A DNA stretch of 63,958 nt, counting the filler, from Babesia bigemina (Eukaryota), in assembly GCF_000981445.1 (NCBI RefSeq). It is 8 parts of 8 records of this genome, joined end to end, with 100 filler letters (N's around TTAATTAATTAA, not from the genome) between each part and the next. Parts side by side here need not be neighbours in the genome. Positions count along the whole stretch, not along the records: positions 9,662 to 18,950 come from NW_012237248.1; positions 19,051 to 27,657 come from NW_012237249.1; 6 more parts are not named here. The stretch is one strand, 5' to 3'. The notes beneath the pieces are model-generated. The model ran no database searches. It worked only from the letters and a program-made list of their open reading frames with translations, and was not told the DNA's origin. Within the stretch, counting starts at the first letter, position 1. Every line of letters starts with the position of its first letter. Shown one piece after another: positions 10,905-22,900 of the stretch. The translations under genes were made by a program, and so were the position numbers.

Positions 10905-11590
10905 TTGGTTAGGTGGTAGGTCACCACTTTGGTCATAGCATTGGTCAGCACCTTGGTCAGCACATTGGTCAGCACTCTGGTCAGCACATTGGTCAGGTGC
11001 TTGGTCAGCACATTGGTCACCACGTTGGTCATCACGTTGGTCATGACATTGGTCACCACTTTGGTCAGCACATTGGTCAGCACCTCGGTCAACACTTTGG
11101 TCAGCACTTTGGTCAACACTTTGGTCAACACGTTGGTCAGGTGGTTGGTCACCACTTTGCTCAACACTTTGGTCAGGTGCTTGGTCAGGTGCTTGGTCAC
11201 CACTTTGGTCACCACGTTGGTCATGGCATTGGTCACCACTTTGGTCACCACTCTGGTCAGCACTTTGGTCACCACGTTGGTCAGCACATTGGTCAGCACC
11301 TTGGTCATGGCATTGGTCACCACTTTGGTCAACACCTTGGTCAACACATTGGTCAGCACGTTGGTCAACACATTGATCAGCACTTTGGTCATGGCATTGG
11401 TCATGGCATTGGTCAGCACGTTGGTCATGGCATTGGTCAGGTGGTAGGTCACCACGTTGGTCAGCACGTTGGTCAGGTGGTTGGTCAGCACATTGGTCAG
11501 CACATAGGTCAGCACTTTGGTCATGGCATTGGTCAGCACCCTGGTCAGCACCCTGGTCAGCACATTGGTCAGCACTGTGGTCACCACATT
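10905..11590 (-). repeat. 12-bp satellite
   Basis: TTGGTCAGCACA tandem units. Confidence 0.96.
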
Positions 11591-11714
11591 AGTTAACTAT
11601 TACGCAATCACATACAACGATTAATGAGTAATTAAAAACATTAGATGACAATTCATAAGTTAAATGAGTAGGTGATATGCTAGGTGAGTGTAGATAATAA
11701 ACACGTGAGTACGA
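11591..11714 (-). promoter_or_regulatory. Conserved 3' element
   Basis: Homologous to 6803-6925. Confidence 0.65.
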
Positions 11715-14700
11715 TTATGGTTGCAGGTAAAACACTCTGTTAAGCTTGTTAACACGTGCAGCGGCGAGTAGTGACTGCGCGGCGATGCGATGACTCGAGG
11801 GACTATGCAAATGCGATTTGATGTGGAGCAGGTCTAGGCGTATGACCATGATGTGGGTGAGGTACAGGAGAGAGAGGAGCCAGAGGGCTACGTTGAGCCA
11901 GATGAAGGGGGCACGGATGGTGAACAGGAAGTTGTCGCATTTGTTGAAGAGGTCGCTGAAATATTTGGACTCCAATACGTTCCTCAACTGAGTGCAGAAG
12001 TCGGAGCACAGTTTTTCTTTGGATTTCCTATTCAATGCGATTACGTTGCCAAATGAGAAACCATATCGGTAGAAGGTAGGTGCGACACCTTTGCACTTCA
12101 CCATGGAATCGCATTTACAATGGGACTTCTTACTCTGCTCATCGGTGAGACCATGCTGTCCGCGTTTGCACTGTCTACTGTTAAGGCAATTGCGGCAACC
12201 CCAATCTTGGCACATAATGTTGCAGAAGTCTTGGTATAAATTGTTGAGCAACGTCCAGAAATTCCAAGGTAAGTACACTGCCCAGGACAAGTAGGTGTCC
12301 GAGTGCGCTTTGGCAACATAATAATATGAATCGGCACATAGGGAAGACATGTAAGGAGCGCAATCTACATTTTTCTTGTCGCTACATATGTCACCCGTTG
12401 TGAGGTTCTTTACGTGGTTATGCTCGCAGCTGCTATGCTTAGTATAACCGGAACCATAAGCGTTAGTTATAGCGTCGGTTAGCTCATTAGGTTGGTCAAC
12501 TAGATGAATGGACACGTTTTTAATGGACTCTTCGAATGCTGTTTGCACGTCATTCTTGTCTGTATTCGAACCGTCATACCAGCCGCCAATAAGTGACAAC
12601 GCGAAACCAAAGTGCTCTGGTAGACTGGACGGTGGCTTAGGCAAGAGAGTGAACAGCGTCTCAACTTTTCGGATGCTGAAGAATGAATCGAGTATGGCAC
12701 ATATATCTTTGCCTGTTTTAGTGCTACCAGAAAACCCTCTAAAACCGAGAGGAGTCAGACAGGGCATTCCCTTCTTGGAGGTGGAAGGACACGTGGCACA
12801 TTCGTATTTGCAACCAATTTTAGTTAGGTGATGCGGTAAATGCCCGGGCAAACAATCGTTCAGATAAGACATGAGTGGTGAATTTGGTTGGCAGTTTACT
12901 TTGGTGTTTGCCTGGCACGTTGGTTGGCACTTTGGTTGGTCCGTTACTTGGTCCCTTGAGTGCTCGGTACACTGCGATTTGCCCATGGGAACATCCATCC
13001 CGTACTGACAGTCACGCCAACCCAGATGATTGGAACGGTACTTGCACTGATTTCGTAGGAATTTAAGCGGAGGGAAGAGCCTACGAAGAACGTCGAGGAG
13101 CATGTCAAGGCAGCCTTCACCGTCTTGCGGGTAATAGAAGTTGAACGAATTGTTGGAGTAATCGCAGCCGTAAACTGTCTGAGCGTCTCCGGTACCAGCA
13201 ATGCAGACGACGGTGTCATACGCTTTGGAGCATATCTCCGTTACGCCTCCTTGTACGCTGTTGTACGTGATCTTATCCGGATAGGCTTCAAGGGATGAGC
13301 TGTCGTCGACGAACGATACACTTAATTCGTCCTCCTCCTTCTTGTTCAAACCGTCGATAATTCCGAGCGTGGTTACGTCTCTCATATCCGTATACACGGG
13401 ATGATGTGGGAGACCCGAAAGCCATACGAGCATCTCGTACACGGAACATGGTTGCCTTCGTGCCTGTAAAGTGGACAGATAACATACTTCGTTGTACTGC
13501 TCCACATGACTGAGCAGGCAATCGAGAATATGAGTTACGTTGAATTTGTCCATTCTTTCTTCTGGCTTACATTTTTGCAAATGTGGATTGCTTTCAACGG
13601 CGCTAATCTTTTCCTTGAGTTTTGAGTAGATGTCGTTACCGGTATGTCCAGTTAATGGGAATCTTAACTCCCCTTCTTTGGCACCCTCATTTTCTGCGAC
13701 ATCATAACCACACCGCTTGAGGTATTGCCCGAGGGGATTTTCTTTGTCTCCATTATATATACATATTTTCTCACTTCTCCAGGCGTGTTCACATTTAAAA
13801 TGTAACTTATACAAATTCTCGTGGAACATGTTCAAAATGGTTAGAAAAATTTTGGCGAGTTTGGTGCCTTCAGGGGTTGAAACGGTAATCCACCTAGGAC
13901 CCTTTAAGTCAACTATTTCTCCTGTTTTTTTAACCAAATTATCGAAGTCAATATGATCACTATGCCCATCATACCCATTCACATACACCCTCCCCATCTC
14001 ACCGACAAACCCCTCCAGCCCCGCTCTAACCGCATCGAGCAGCTCCGGGTGCCGGGGGTTGGCGAAGGCGGAGGGGGATAGGACGGAGAGGGAGGAGGAG
14101 AGGGAATCATGCAATTTAACAAATTCATTATCATAATTATACTTTTTAGACTTCTTTTCATCGATTAAATTAGTAAGGAAATTGTCGAAGTTAGTTTTGA
14201 TTTTGGTTAGCTGTATATATGGGTCCGTGGTTTCATTGGTGGTTGCAGGTTTGATCGTATTCTTGACTTGCGCTTTGATATACTCTAAAAGTGGATCGAA
14301 ATAGTGCTTGCATTTTTCTGTTGCATAATTAAATTCACTTATGCCCGTGAGTTCCGTAAGCTTGCCACGATTGTGATTCATGTTCCACATCAAACATTTG
14401 ACACCTGACGCTGTATCGTCATCAATAATCTTGTGTATTTCACATGTTTGATCTACAACTAAAGTTTTTAGAACTTTCAACTCTGCAAGTATTTGCCTAC
14501 AAAATAGCTTTCGGATTTTGTTTGATACGGTGTCGAAAGATTTTTCGGTTGCTTCAGATAGTTGTTTCTGTAGTTCGGATAGGGCCCTGCTGGAGTTTAT
14601 GAATGCCGTAGATATCGTGTCTTGTATCTCTTCTATTGCAATGGATAACACTTCGTCGGCCTGTAATACGGCGTTGCTAATGACCTCAAGTTGGGCTTTT

Positions 14701-17600
14701 ATCTCATATCGCAAAGTTTCCATCTTCTCCATCGCCGCCATTTTTTTTTCATTAACGAAGGTGGGAAGATTTTCGAGTTCAGTAATAATTCTGTCCATTG
14801 CTGGAGTGCCCGTCTCAGCTGTGATGTTTGTGATACGTATTTCCAAGGCGCTAAGTGTGTCGAGTATTTTAGTTAAACCGCGCTTGTCACTCCAATCTTC
14901 CCCCCCAAATCCATTGGTGTTAAGATCATCTAGTTTACCAATGACATTATTGTCCAACTTTTTCCGAAGCTCATCAAATTGCGAAGTCAGCTGACGTATT
15001 GCGCCAGTAATGCTGCCAGTTTGCCCGGGCACGGTTTGTCTATGCATTGTGCCAACGTCCGTGTGGATGCTCGAAATGTCTTGGGGCACACCCAAATATT
15101 TCTCATTCTTGGCAAGCATGTTTTCCAGCTTAGTCATGTAATAATTGAGACCATGATTCCAACCTCCGTCCACTATAGCCTTGATAGCGTTAGCAAATTC
15201 GGTTAGCTTGTTATTTACGTCTTCACCCAACTTTTTGAAGGTATTAGTGCCTATTTTATCGTCACCACCACCTTCTGTATCAACGATGAGACCATCAAGT
15301 TCTTGAATGCCCTCACCGTTAAATTTTTTAATGTTTGTGTCGATCGCCGTAGACTTGGATTCTTCGAATTTCGGCATTATGTTTCCGTTGACGCTCTCAA
15401 CTTTCCGATACATGTCATGAATTTTTGTACCGGCATCCTCTCCCATGGCAGAGAAAGCTGTAATTTGGGTGGACGGTGACTTATATGTGTATTTGAGATT
15501 TTTCAGACTTCTTATCGTTTCCTTGAATTCGTTATTATATGTGCTATGATCACTAAACTCTTTAATCCACGCCTGCATTCTGCTACTATTTGCCTGCAGA
15601 CCTTGAATGACACCGTCTTTACCATAGGCATCCTCCCACTTAACACCTTCAAGCCCTTTAAAATAATCCTTGACCCACGTCTGACAATCACCCTTCAATT
15701 TGGTCAAATCTTGTTTTATAATGTTACGCACTTCCTCCGTCATTGTCGCAGGCAATGTCCTAATCAAGCTACTGACTTCCGTCTTGGCCTTTTTGGCAAA
15801 TCCTAAGAGCTTATCTGCTCGTTCTTGCAGTTCGCTTACCGCTTCGGTTATTTTTTTTCGCTCTCCATATTTGCCTTCATCATTTTTTCCATCAAGCTTA
15901 TTCACAATTTCCTTAACCTTAGTCTTTGCATCTGTAACTGCTTTTCCAGCCTCTTTTTTCCAAATTTCCAAGTTTTTGTGGATTTCAACCAGATTAGTGT
16001 TCATCTTTTCTATCTGTGTATTGGCTGCTTCAATGGTATCAATTGCTTTACCAATATCTGTATTTCTAGGGCCATCACCGTGCTTCTTATGGTTCAACTC
16101 CGTATACACAGTCCCTGCATCGCGCATAGCGTCACAAACTACCTTTGTAGCGTATTTTTTCCACTGATCTAGATTATCGTTTGCATTGGTGAACTCCTGA
16201 CCGATTACCGCAACCGTCTGTTTCACTTTTTCGAATTCCTCTCTGAGTTTTCCTTTTGTGCTAGTGCTCCCGTTTTTAATGTATTCCATTGCATCTGTTA
16301 TTTTATTAAAATGATGTTCAATTATATTTCTATATGTCCCATCGAAATCATTATCCAACATATTCTTAGCATCATGCAACTTTTGTTTGATATCTTCAGT
16401 GTAGCCCTTTTTTGTATCGTGCAAAGCAGTGACCTTTGCACGGATATTTTTAAATTCTGTTTCCAACCATGAATGGAGGACATCGGATTCCTCTCTGATT
16501 TTGTTCTTAATAGACTCTCTCTGGTCTACCAGTGTCTGATCTGCAATCCTTACTTGGCTCTTAAACACTTCATCTGTAGCAGAAACAGTCAACATTTTAA
16601 CAGTCAAGCTAATTGCCTTAACCTCATGCAACACGCTACTTCTTAACGCAGTATCTAATTTAGAAGCATTATTATGAATATTGTTGACATTTGTTTCAAT
16701 CATTTTGACCGTCGACTTCCACTCCTTCAGTAGCTTGCCAAGAGAAAAACATTCTTCGCTTGAAACTCTTGAGTAATATTCACCTGCAGGAGATGATAAT
16801 TTAGTACTTAACTCACCTAATTTTGTAGTAACATTATTAGTCAATGTCTCAACTTGTGAATTATATTTCCCCAACCACCCCTTCACCGCGCCGACAGACG
16901 CCGCAAGCCCTTCACGACCGGTGCCAATATTTTTAGTTAAGGTGTCTAGTACTGTTTGAAGCTTCATTCCACTGATGTATTGATCATAAGTTGTCACTTC
17001 ATTTTCGTTTTTCACCGCACCAAGCACACCACTCAAAAATCCCATCACCCCGTCACACAGCCTGTCCAGGTCGGAGTACACAATCCCAGTGCCGTCGTAG
17101 CCTTTGGAAGCAGAGTTGAAGCCGAGGAAGGTTTCGAGGCCGGAACATAAATTATCTAAGAGATTTTTAGGCTCATTTGGATGATTATTAAGATTCTCGT
17201 AAAATCCACAAAGCTCCTTCACTTTCTCCAAAGCCTCCAACTTGGACTGCAATTTGGCTGAGTCAGCAGAGGGAGAGGGGGAAGGAGGAAGATTATTAAG
17301 GTTATTATGCTGTTTAAGTTGTTCTTCAAGAAGCTTAATTTGCTGAGTAACTAACTTACTAAGCTCACTAATTTTCTCGGTGTCACCAGCCTTGCCAGCA
17401 GAGTTGACAGACTCAGAAAGCTTAGTAACATGAGAAGAGTAAACATCTTTTAGGTCATTTTTAAGGTCTGGATTAGTGTCAAAAACAGCGATAATAGCCT
17501 TCACAACGGCTTTCTTAACACTCTCACTCTCACCAACAAATCCTCCAAGTTGACCAGCAAGGTGACCAAGCTGGACAATCTTCTCTTCAACAGACTTCAA
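11715..17600 (-). CDS. ves1: ves1-like cassette, 5'-defective (TTG at ORF start)
   Basis: 1961 open codons; same conserved motifs, TM helix and RVFYLQP tail. Confidence 0.85.
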   Translation of the reverse strand: MKSVEEKIVQLGHLAGQLGGFVGESESVKKAVVKAIIAVFDTNPDLKNDLKDVYSSHVTKLSESVNSAGKAGDTEKISELSKLVTQQIKLLEEQLKQHNNLNNLPPSPSPSADSAKLQSKLEALEKVKELCGFYENLNNHPNEPKNLLDNLCSGLETFLGFNSASKGYDGTGIVYSDLDRLCDGVMGFLSGVLGAVKNENEVTTYDQYISGMKLQTVLDTLTKNIGTGREGLAASVGAVKGWLGKYNSQVETLTNNVTTKLGELSTKLSSPAGEYYSRVSSEECFSLGKLLKEWKSTVKMIETNVNNIHNNASKLDTALRSSVLHEVKAISLTVKMLTVSATDEVFKSQVRIADQTLVDQRESIKNKIREESDVLHSWLETEFKNIRAKVTALHDTKKGYTEDIKQKLHDAKNMLDNDFDGTYRNIIEHHFNKITDAMEYIKNGSTSTKGKLREEFEKVKQTVAVIGQEFTNANDNLDQWKKYATKVVCDAMRDAGTVYTELNHKKHGDGPRNTDIGKAIDTIEAANTQIEKMNTNLVEIHKNLEIWKKEAGKAVTDAKTKVKEIVNKLDGKNDEGKYGERKKITEAVSELQERADKLLGFAKKAKTEVSSLIRTLPATMTEEVRNIIKQDLTKLKGDCQTWVKDYFKGLEGVKWEDAYGKDGVIQGLQANSSRMQAWIKEFSDHSTYNNEFKETIRSLKNLKYTYKSPSTQITAFSAMGEDAGTKIHDMYRKVESVNGNIMPKFEESKSTAIDTNIKKFNGEGIQELDGLIVDTEGGGDDKIGTNTFKKLGEDVNNKLTEFANAIKAIVDGGWNHGLNYYMTKLENMLAKNEKYLGVPQDISSIHTDVGTMHRQTVPGQTGSITGAIRQLTSQFDELRKKLDNNVIGKLDDLNTNGFGGEDWSDKRGLTKILDTLSALEIRITNITAETGTPAMDRIITELENLPTFVNEKKMAAMEKMETLRYEIKAQLEVISNAVLQADEVLSIAIEEIQDTISTAFINSSRALSELQKQLSEATEKSFDTVSNKIRKLFCRQILAELKVLKTLVVDQTCEIHKIIDDDTASGVKCLMWNMNHNRGKLTELTGISEFNYATEKCKHYFDPLLEYIKAQVKNTIKPATTNETTDPYIQLTKIKTNFDNFLTNLIDEKKSKKYNYDNEFVKLHDSLSSSLSVLSPSAFANPRHPELLDAVRAGLEGFVGEMGRVYVNGYDGHSDHIDFDNLVKKTGEIVDLKGPRWITVSTPEGTKLAKIFLTILNMFHENLYKLHFKCEHAWRSEKICIYNGDKENPLGQYLKRCGYDVAENEGAKEGELRFPLTGHTGNDIYSKLKEKISAVESNPHLQKCKPEERMDKFNVTHILDCLLSHVEQYNEVCYLSTLQARRQPCSVYEMLVWLSGLPHHPVYTDMRDVTTLGIIDGLNKKEEDELSVSFVDDSSSLEAYPDKITYNSVQGGVTEICSKAYDTVVCIAGTGDAQTVYGCDYSNNSFNFYYPQDGEGCLDMLLDVLRRLFPPLKFLRNQCKYRSNHLGWRDCQYGMDVPMGKSQCTEHSRDQVTDQPKCQPTCQANTKVNCQPNSPLMSYLNDCLPGHLPHHLTKIGCKYECATCPSTSKKGMPCLTPLGFRGFSGSTKTGKDICAILDSFFSIRKVETLFTLLPKPPSSLPEHFGFALSLIGGWYDGSNTDKNDVQTAFEESIKNVSIHLVDQPNELTDAITNAYGSGYTKHSSCEHNHVKNLTTGDICSDKKNVDCAPYMSSLCADSYYYVAKAHSDTYLSWAVYLPWNFWTLLNNLYQDFCNIMCQDWGCRNCLNSRQCKRGQHGLTDEQSKKSHCKCDSMVKCKGVAPTFYRYGFSFGNVIALNRKSKEKLCSDFCTQLRNVLESKYFSDLFNKCDNFLFTIRAPFIWLNVALWLLSLLYLTHIMVIRLDLLHIKSHLHSPSSHRIAAQSLLAAARVNKLNRVFYLQP

Positions 17601-17837
17601 GGCTCTTCTAGTAGCATCGTCAGTGAGAGAATGGTCAGTATCAGCAAGTTTTTATAAAGGTTTAAAGAGGTCATAGCGTTAATATGGCGAGGTAATTCGA
17701 AGGATTTGGAGATAGGGTGAACATGATGGGACATGGCAGTGGCAAGAGGTGGAAGAGGGAAGTGGAGGGTGACAAGGCACAAGTTATTGCTATGGTTTAT
17801 AGAGGTCATTGGGGTATTATGGCGAGGTGATTCGAGG
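17597..17837 (-). promoter_or_regulatory. Cassette leader (class B) with 70-codon uORF 17809-17597, out of frame with ves
   Basis: ORF track plus duplicated leader motif. Confidence 0.6.
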
Positions 17838-18950
17838 GATGTAGAGTGGCTTAAGGGGCGATGTGGAGTGGATAAGGAGCGATGTAGAGTGGGTTACGGG
17901 GCGATGTAGAGTGGGTTAGGGAGCGATGTAGAGTGGATAAAGGAGCGATGTAAGGTGGGTAAAGGGGCGATGTAGAATGGGTAAAGGGGCGATGAAGAGT
18001 GGATTAGGGAGCGATGTAGAGTGGATAAAGGGGCGATGTAGAGTGGATAAGGGGCGATGTAGAGTGGGTAAAGGGGCGATGTAAGGTGGATAAAAGAGCG
18101 ATGTAGAGTGGGTTAGGGAGCGATGTAGAGTGGATAAGGGAGCGATGTAGAGTGGGTAAGGGAGCGATGTAGAGTGGATAGAGGAGCGATGTAGAGTGAG
18201 TTAGGGAGCGATGAAGGGTGGATTAGGGAGCGATGTGGAGTGGACAAAGGAGCGATGAAGAGTGGATAAAGGGGCGATGAAGAGTGGGTAAAGGGGCGAT
18301 GTGGAGTGGGTTAGGGAGCGATGAAGAGTGGGTTAAGGGGCGATGTAGAGTGGATAAAGGGGCGATGTAAGGTGGATAAAAGAGCGATGTAGAGTGGGTT
18401 AGGGAGCGATGTAGAGTGGATAAGGGAGCGATGTAGAGTGGGTAAGGGAGCGATGTAGAGTGGATAGAGGAGCGATGTAGAGTGAGTTAGGGAGCGATGA
18501 AGGGTGGATTAGGGAGCGATGTGGAGTGGACAAAGGAGCGATGTAGAGTGGATAAAGGGGCGATGTAGAGTGGGTTAAGGGGCGATGTAGAGTGGATAAA
18601 GGAGCGATGAAGAGTGGATAAAGGGGCGATGAAGAGTGGGTAAAGGGGCGATGTGGAGTGGGTTAGGGAGCGATGAAGAGTGGGTTAAGGGGCGATGTAG
18701 AGTGGATAAAGGGGCGATGTAGAGTGGGTTAAGGGGCGATGTAGAGTGGGTTAGGGAGCGATGTAGAGTGGGTAAGGGAGCGATGTAGAGTGGGTTAAGG
18801 GGCGATGTAGAGTGGGTTAGGGAGCGATGTAGAGTGGATAAAGGGGCGATGTAGAGTGGGTTAGGGAGCGATGTAGAGTGGGTTAGGGAGCGATGTAGAG
18901 TGGGTTAGGGAGCGATGTAGAGTGGATAAAGGGGCGATGTGGAGTGGATA
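17838..18950 (-). repeat. ~22-bp satellite
   Basis: Direct reading. Confidence 0.97.
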
Positions 18951-19050
18951 NNNNNNNNNNNNNNNNNNNNNNNNNNNNNNNNNNNNNNNNNNNNTTAATT
19001 AATTAANNNNNNNNNNNNNNNNNNNNNNNNNNNNNNNNNNNNNNNNNNNN
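18951..19050. other. Assembly linker
   Basis: N-TTAATTAATTAA-N. Confidence 0.98.
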
Positions 19051-19283
19051 CTCTTCTAGTAGCATCGTCAGTAATGGAATGGTCAGTATCAGCAAGTTAT
19101 TATAAGGATTTATGGAGGTCATAGCGTTAATAAGACGAAGTAATTCGAGAGATTTGGAGTTAGGGTGAACATGATGGGACATGGCAGTGGCAAGAGGTGG
19201 AAGAGGGAAGTGAAGGGTGACAAGGCACAAGTTATTGTGATGGTTTATAAAGGTCATAGCGGTAATATGGCGAGGTAATTCGA
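19051..19283 (-). promoter_or_regulatory. Class B leader of a further cassette whose ORF is lost in the gap
   Basis: Close match to 17603-17835. Confidence 0.7.
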
Positions 19284-19560
19284 GCGATGTAGAGTGGGTA
19301 AGGGGCGATGTAGAGTGGGTAAGGGGCGATGTAGAGTGGGTAAAGGGGCGATGTAGAGTGGGTTAGGGAGCGATGTGGAGTGGATAAAGGGGCGATGTAG
19401 AGTGGGTTAGGGAGCGATTACAGGAGGTGAAGGAGCGATGTAGAGTGGGTTAAGGGGCGATGTAGAGTGGATAAAGGGGCGATGTGGAGTGGGTTAAGGG
19501 CGATGTGGAGTGGATAAAGGAGCGATGTGGAGTGGGTTAAGGGGCGATGTGCAGTGGATT
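19283..19560 (-). repeat. ~22-bp satellite
   Basis: Direct reading. Confidence 0.95.
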
Positions 19561-19583
19561 ATAATCACCACTTAAGTCACCAC

Positions 19584-19664
19584 TGTCATCGCTGCCGTAA
19601 CCATGTCATCGCTGCCGTGACCATGTCACCGCTGCCGTGACCATGTCATCGCTGCCGTAACCAT
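19584..19664 (-). repeat. 20-bp satellite
   Basis: Direct reading. Confidence 0.93.
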
Positions 19665-19667
19665 CAA

Positions 19668-19873
19668 CTTGGTCATGGCATTGGTCACCACTTTGGTCAT
19701 GGCATTGGACAACACATTGGTCAACACTTTTGTCATGGCATTGGTCAGCACTTTGGTCAGCACCTTGGTCAGCACTTTGGTCAGCACATTGGTCAGCACC
19801 TTGGTCAGCACCTTGGTCAGCACGTTGGTCAGCACATTGGTCAGCACTTTGGTCAGCACATTGGTCACCACTT
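19668..19873 (-). repeat. 12-bp satellite
   Basis: Direct reading. Confidence 0.95.
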
Positions 19874-19996
19874 TAGTTAACTATTACACAATCACATACA
19901 ACGGTTAATGAGTGATACAACAGATTAAACAACAATGCATAAGTTAGGTGAGTAGGTGAGGCTAGGTGAGTGTAGACAGTAAACACGTGAGTACGA
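19874..19996 (-). promoter_or_regulatory. Conserved 3' element
   Basis: Homologous to 6803-6925. Confidence 0.65.
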
Positions 19997-22900
19997 TTAC
20001 GGCTGCAGGTAAAACACTCTGTTAAGCTTGTTAACACGTCCAGCAGCAAGTAGTGATTGAGCAGCGATGCGATGCGATGATGGTGAGTGCAAGTGAGATT
20101 TGATGTGGAGCAGGTCGAGGCGGATGACCATGATGTGGATGAGGTACAACAGAGAGAGGAGCCAGAGGGCTACGTTGAGCCAGATGAAGGGGGCGCGGAT
20201 GGTGAAAAGGAAGTCGTCGCATTTATCGAATAGGTCGCTGAAATATTTGGAATTTAGCAACTTATTTAACTGACCGCAGAAATCGGAACACTTCTTTTTA
20301 TATTCATCATTATTCAATTTGTCAGCTTTACCAAAACTGAATCCATATCGGTACAGCGTCGGTGACACGCCCTTACAACTTACTATTGATGAACACTGGC
20401 AACGTGGGTTCCCGCTTTTTTCGTCAGTAAGACCATGCCATCCTTTCTTGCACGTATCGCCTCTCAAGCAGCCGCGGCAACCCCAATCGGCACAGAATAT
20501 GTTGCAGAAGTCATTGTACAAATCGTTCAGCAATCGCCAGAAATCCCATGAGAGGTATATGGCCCACGATAGGTACAGGCTGCAGTTGTTGATGGACATG
20601 TATTCATATGAATCTGCGCATAGCGATTGTAGATAGGGAGCGCAGGTCACATCTGCAACATCGTAACGACATATTTCCGAGGTAGTGAAATTGACAAGGT
20701 GCGGATGCTTGCAATCTTCATGCAAAACAGCCTGTGAACCGTACGCTTTCATCAATGTTTTGGTTAGTTCATAGGAATCGGGATATAACTTAAGGGAGAC
20801 ATCACGTACGCGTGATTCAAATGACGACTGGAAACTGTATTTACTTTTCATATTCTGGGACAACTTAGAGATATTCGACCATCCCTTAACCAGCGACAAC
20901 GCAAAACCGAAATGTTCTGGTAACGTCTTGGGAGGCTTGGGCTGAAGACAGCACAAGTATTTGACATAATCATTATTTAGGAAAGTTTTGAGCACGGAGC
21001 ATAGGAACTTGCCCGTTTTGGTGGATCCAGTGAAGGCACGGAAACCGAAGGGCGTAAGGCATGGCTTACCACTGTTACTAGGAGAGCACGTCCTACATTG
21101 AGCTTTGCAGCCAACGGATTCCAATATATGCGGTAGGTGGCCCGGTAGGCAATCGTTTAGCAAGGACATTAGGGGAGAAGTTGGTTGGCAATTTGGTTTG
21201 GTGTTAACTTGGCACGCAGCCTGGCACGTTGGTTGAGTGTTTGGTTGGCACGTTACTTCGTCCGTCAATCTGTTGACGCAGTGCGATTTGGTAGTCGGAA
21301 TTTCTCTCCCGTAGTGACACTCACTCCAACCGTGGTGTTCAGCAGCTACACTGCAACGGTTGGATAAATATCTGAACTGCAAGAACAATCGGCGGAGTAT
21401 GTCTAGCAACATGTCTAAGCATTGCGCGGGATCTGCTGGATACGACAGACCATCAGGGTTGATACGAAACTCGCACGCATAGCGGCCTTCGGCGTTACCG
21501 TTACCTAGGATGGCAACGAGGATATCATGTGAGTTTCCGCAAATGGGTAGCAGTTTCGCGTCAAGTGCCCGTGCTGTAATGTCTGCCTCTGTCTGAACAT
21601 CCAATGTCAAATTCGCGGATCCAATTTCTTTGTGTGTTTTATGTTCCTCCCCCTTCGGTTTAGGGAACAATTCCATGACGTAATACCTAAGTGGATCGCG
21701 CATAGGATGATGCCATAAACCGCATACCCAGTGAAGCATTTGATAGATGTTACGCGGTGCTTTGGGTTTCGAATGAATCTGATAGTGACAGACGCTGTAG
21801 TACGTGCCAAGGTGACCGGTAAGACATCGAAGGATGTCCAACAAATTGAACTTATTTGATTTTTTATTAGGTTTGCACGTTGTAAGATGCCCTTTATCGG
21901 CGCCGGTAATTACCGTTAGTAGTAATGCATATATTGCCGAACCTTTCTTTGTCCTGTCCAGCTCCCCGTTTTGAGTACGCTCATCGTCTGACACCCTGAA
22001 GCCACGTTCGTGCAGCCAGTTACCCAAGGGGTTTTTTGTTTTGTTACCCTCTTTAATTACGTCATTTAAAAATATTTTTTTATCGTGGGAATCACCGCCT
22101 TTGACGCATCCTTGTAATAATTTTAACAAATCATAGAAAAGTATCTCGAGTATGCTGAAAAATATTTTTGCGCCATTTCGGCCATCAGCCGTTAATTCGT
22201 CTTCTCCAGTCTCTTTATGTGTCCATCTTTTAATAGTACTTCCCCCCTCATACCCGTTCACATACACCCTCCCCAGCTCCTTGACAAACCCCTCCAGCCC
22301 CTGTTTGACCGCATCGAGCAGCTCCGGGTGCCGGGGGTTGGCGAAGGCGGAGGGGGTGAGAGCGGTGAGGGAGGAGGAGAGGGTGGAGAGGAGGGAGGTG
22401 AATTTATTATCATAGAGGTATTTTCTATCATCAGGGACATTTTTAAGATGGTTAAGAAGGTCATCCAATTTTTGTTGAACTTTGGCAAGATTGTCGGCAT
22501 AATGATGTGGATCCCTGTCGCCGACTTGAACTGGTGGATTTCTTTGTAGCATGATTTCTTTATGTTCTCTTTTGATTTCTTGGACAATGTATTCGTTGAT
22601 TGGCTTCCAAAATGAGTTGAAATTTTCAGACAACTTTTTGAACGCCTCTTTCTTCTGCTCACCGGTGCCAGATGGCAAATTTGCAAGTTCGCTAAGTTTC
22701 TTAATATTTTCTTTCCCAGTAATTTTAGCTGACGTACTACCATCCTCCAACGTCTTCATCAACCCCTTGAACCCGATCGTCAAATCCCTGTCAATCTCCG
22801 CCGGCAACTCCCGCAACTCCTGGCCGACCTTGTCCGCGAACGCGGTGAGGAGCGCCTTGACGGAGGAGACGTAGTTGCGGCGGGCGGCGGTGGTGAGGGT

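Noticed and set aside
10862..11596. VLTN/STLV/GQH repeat ORFs in 12-mer arrays
   Set aside because: A 12-bp unit is open in several frames on both strands by construction; no conserved start or stop
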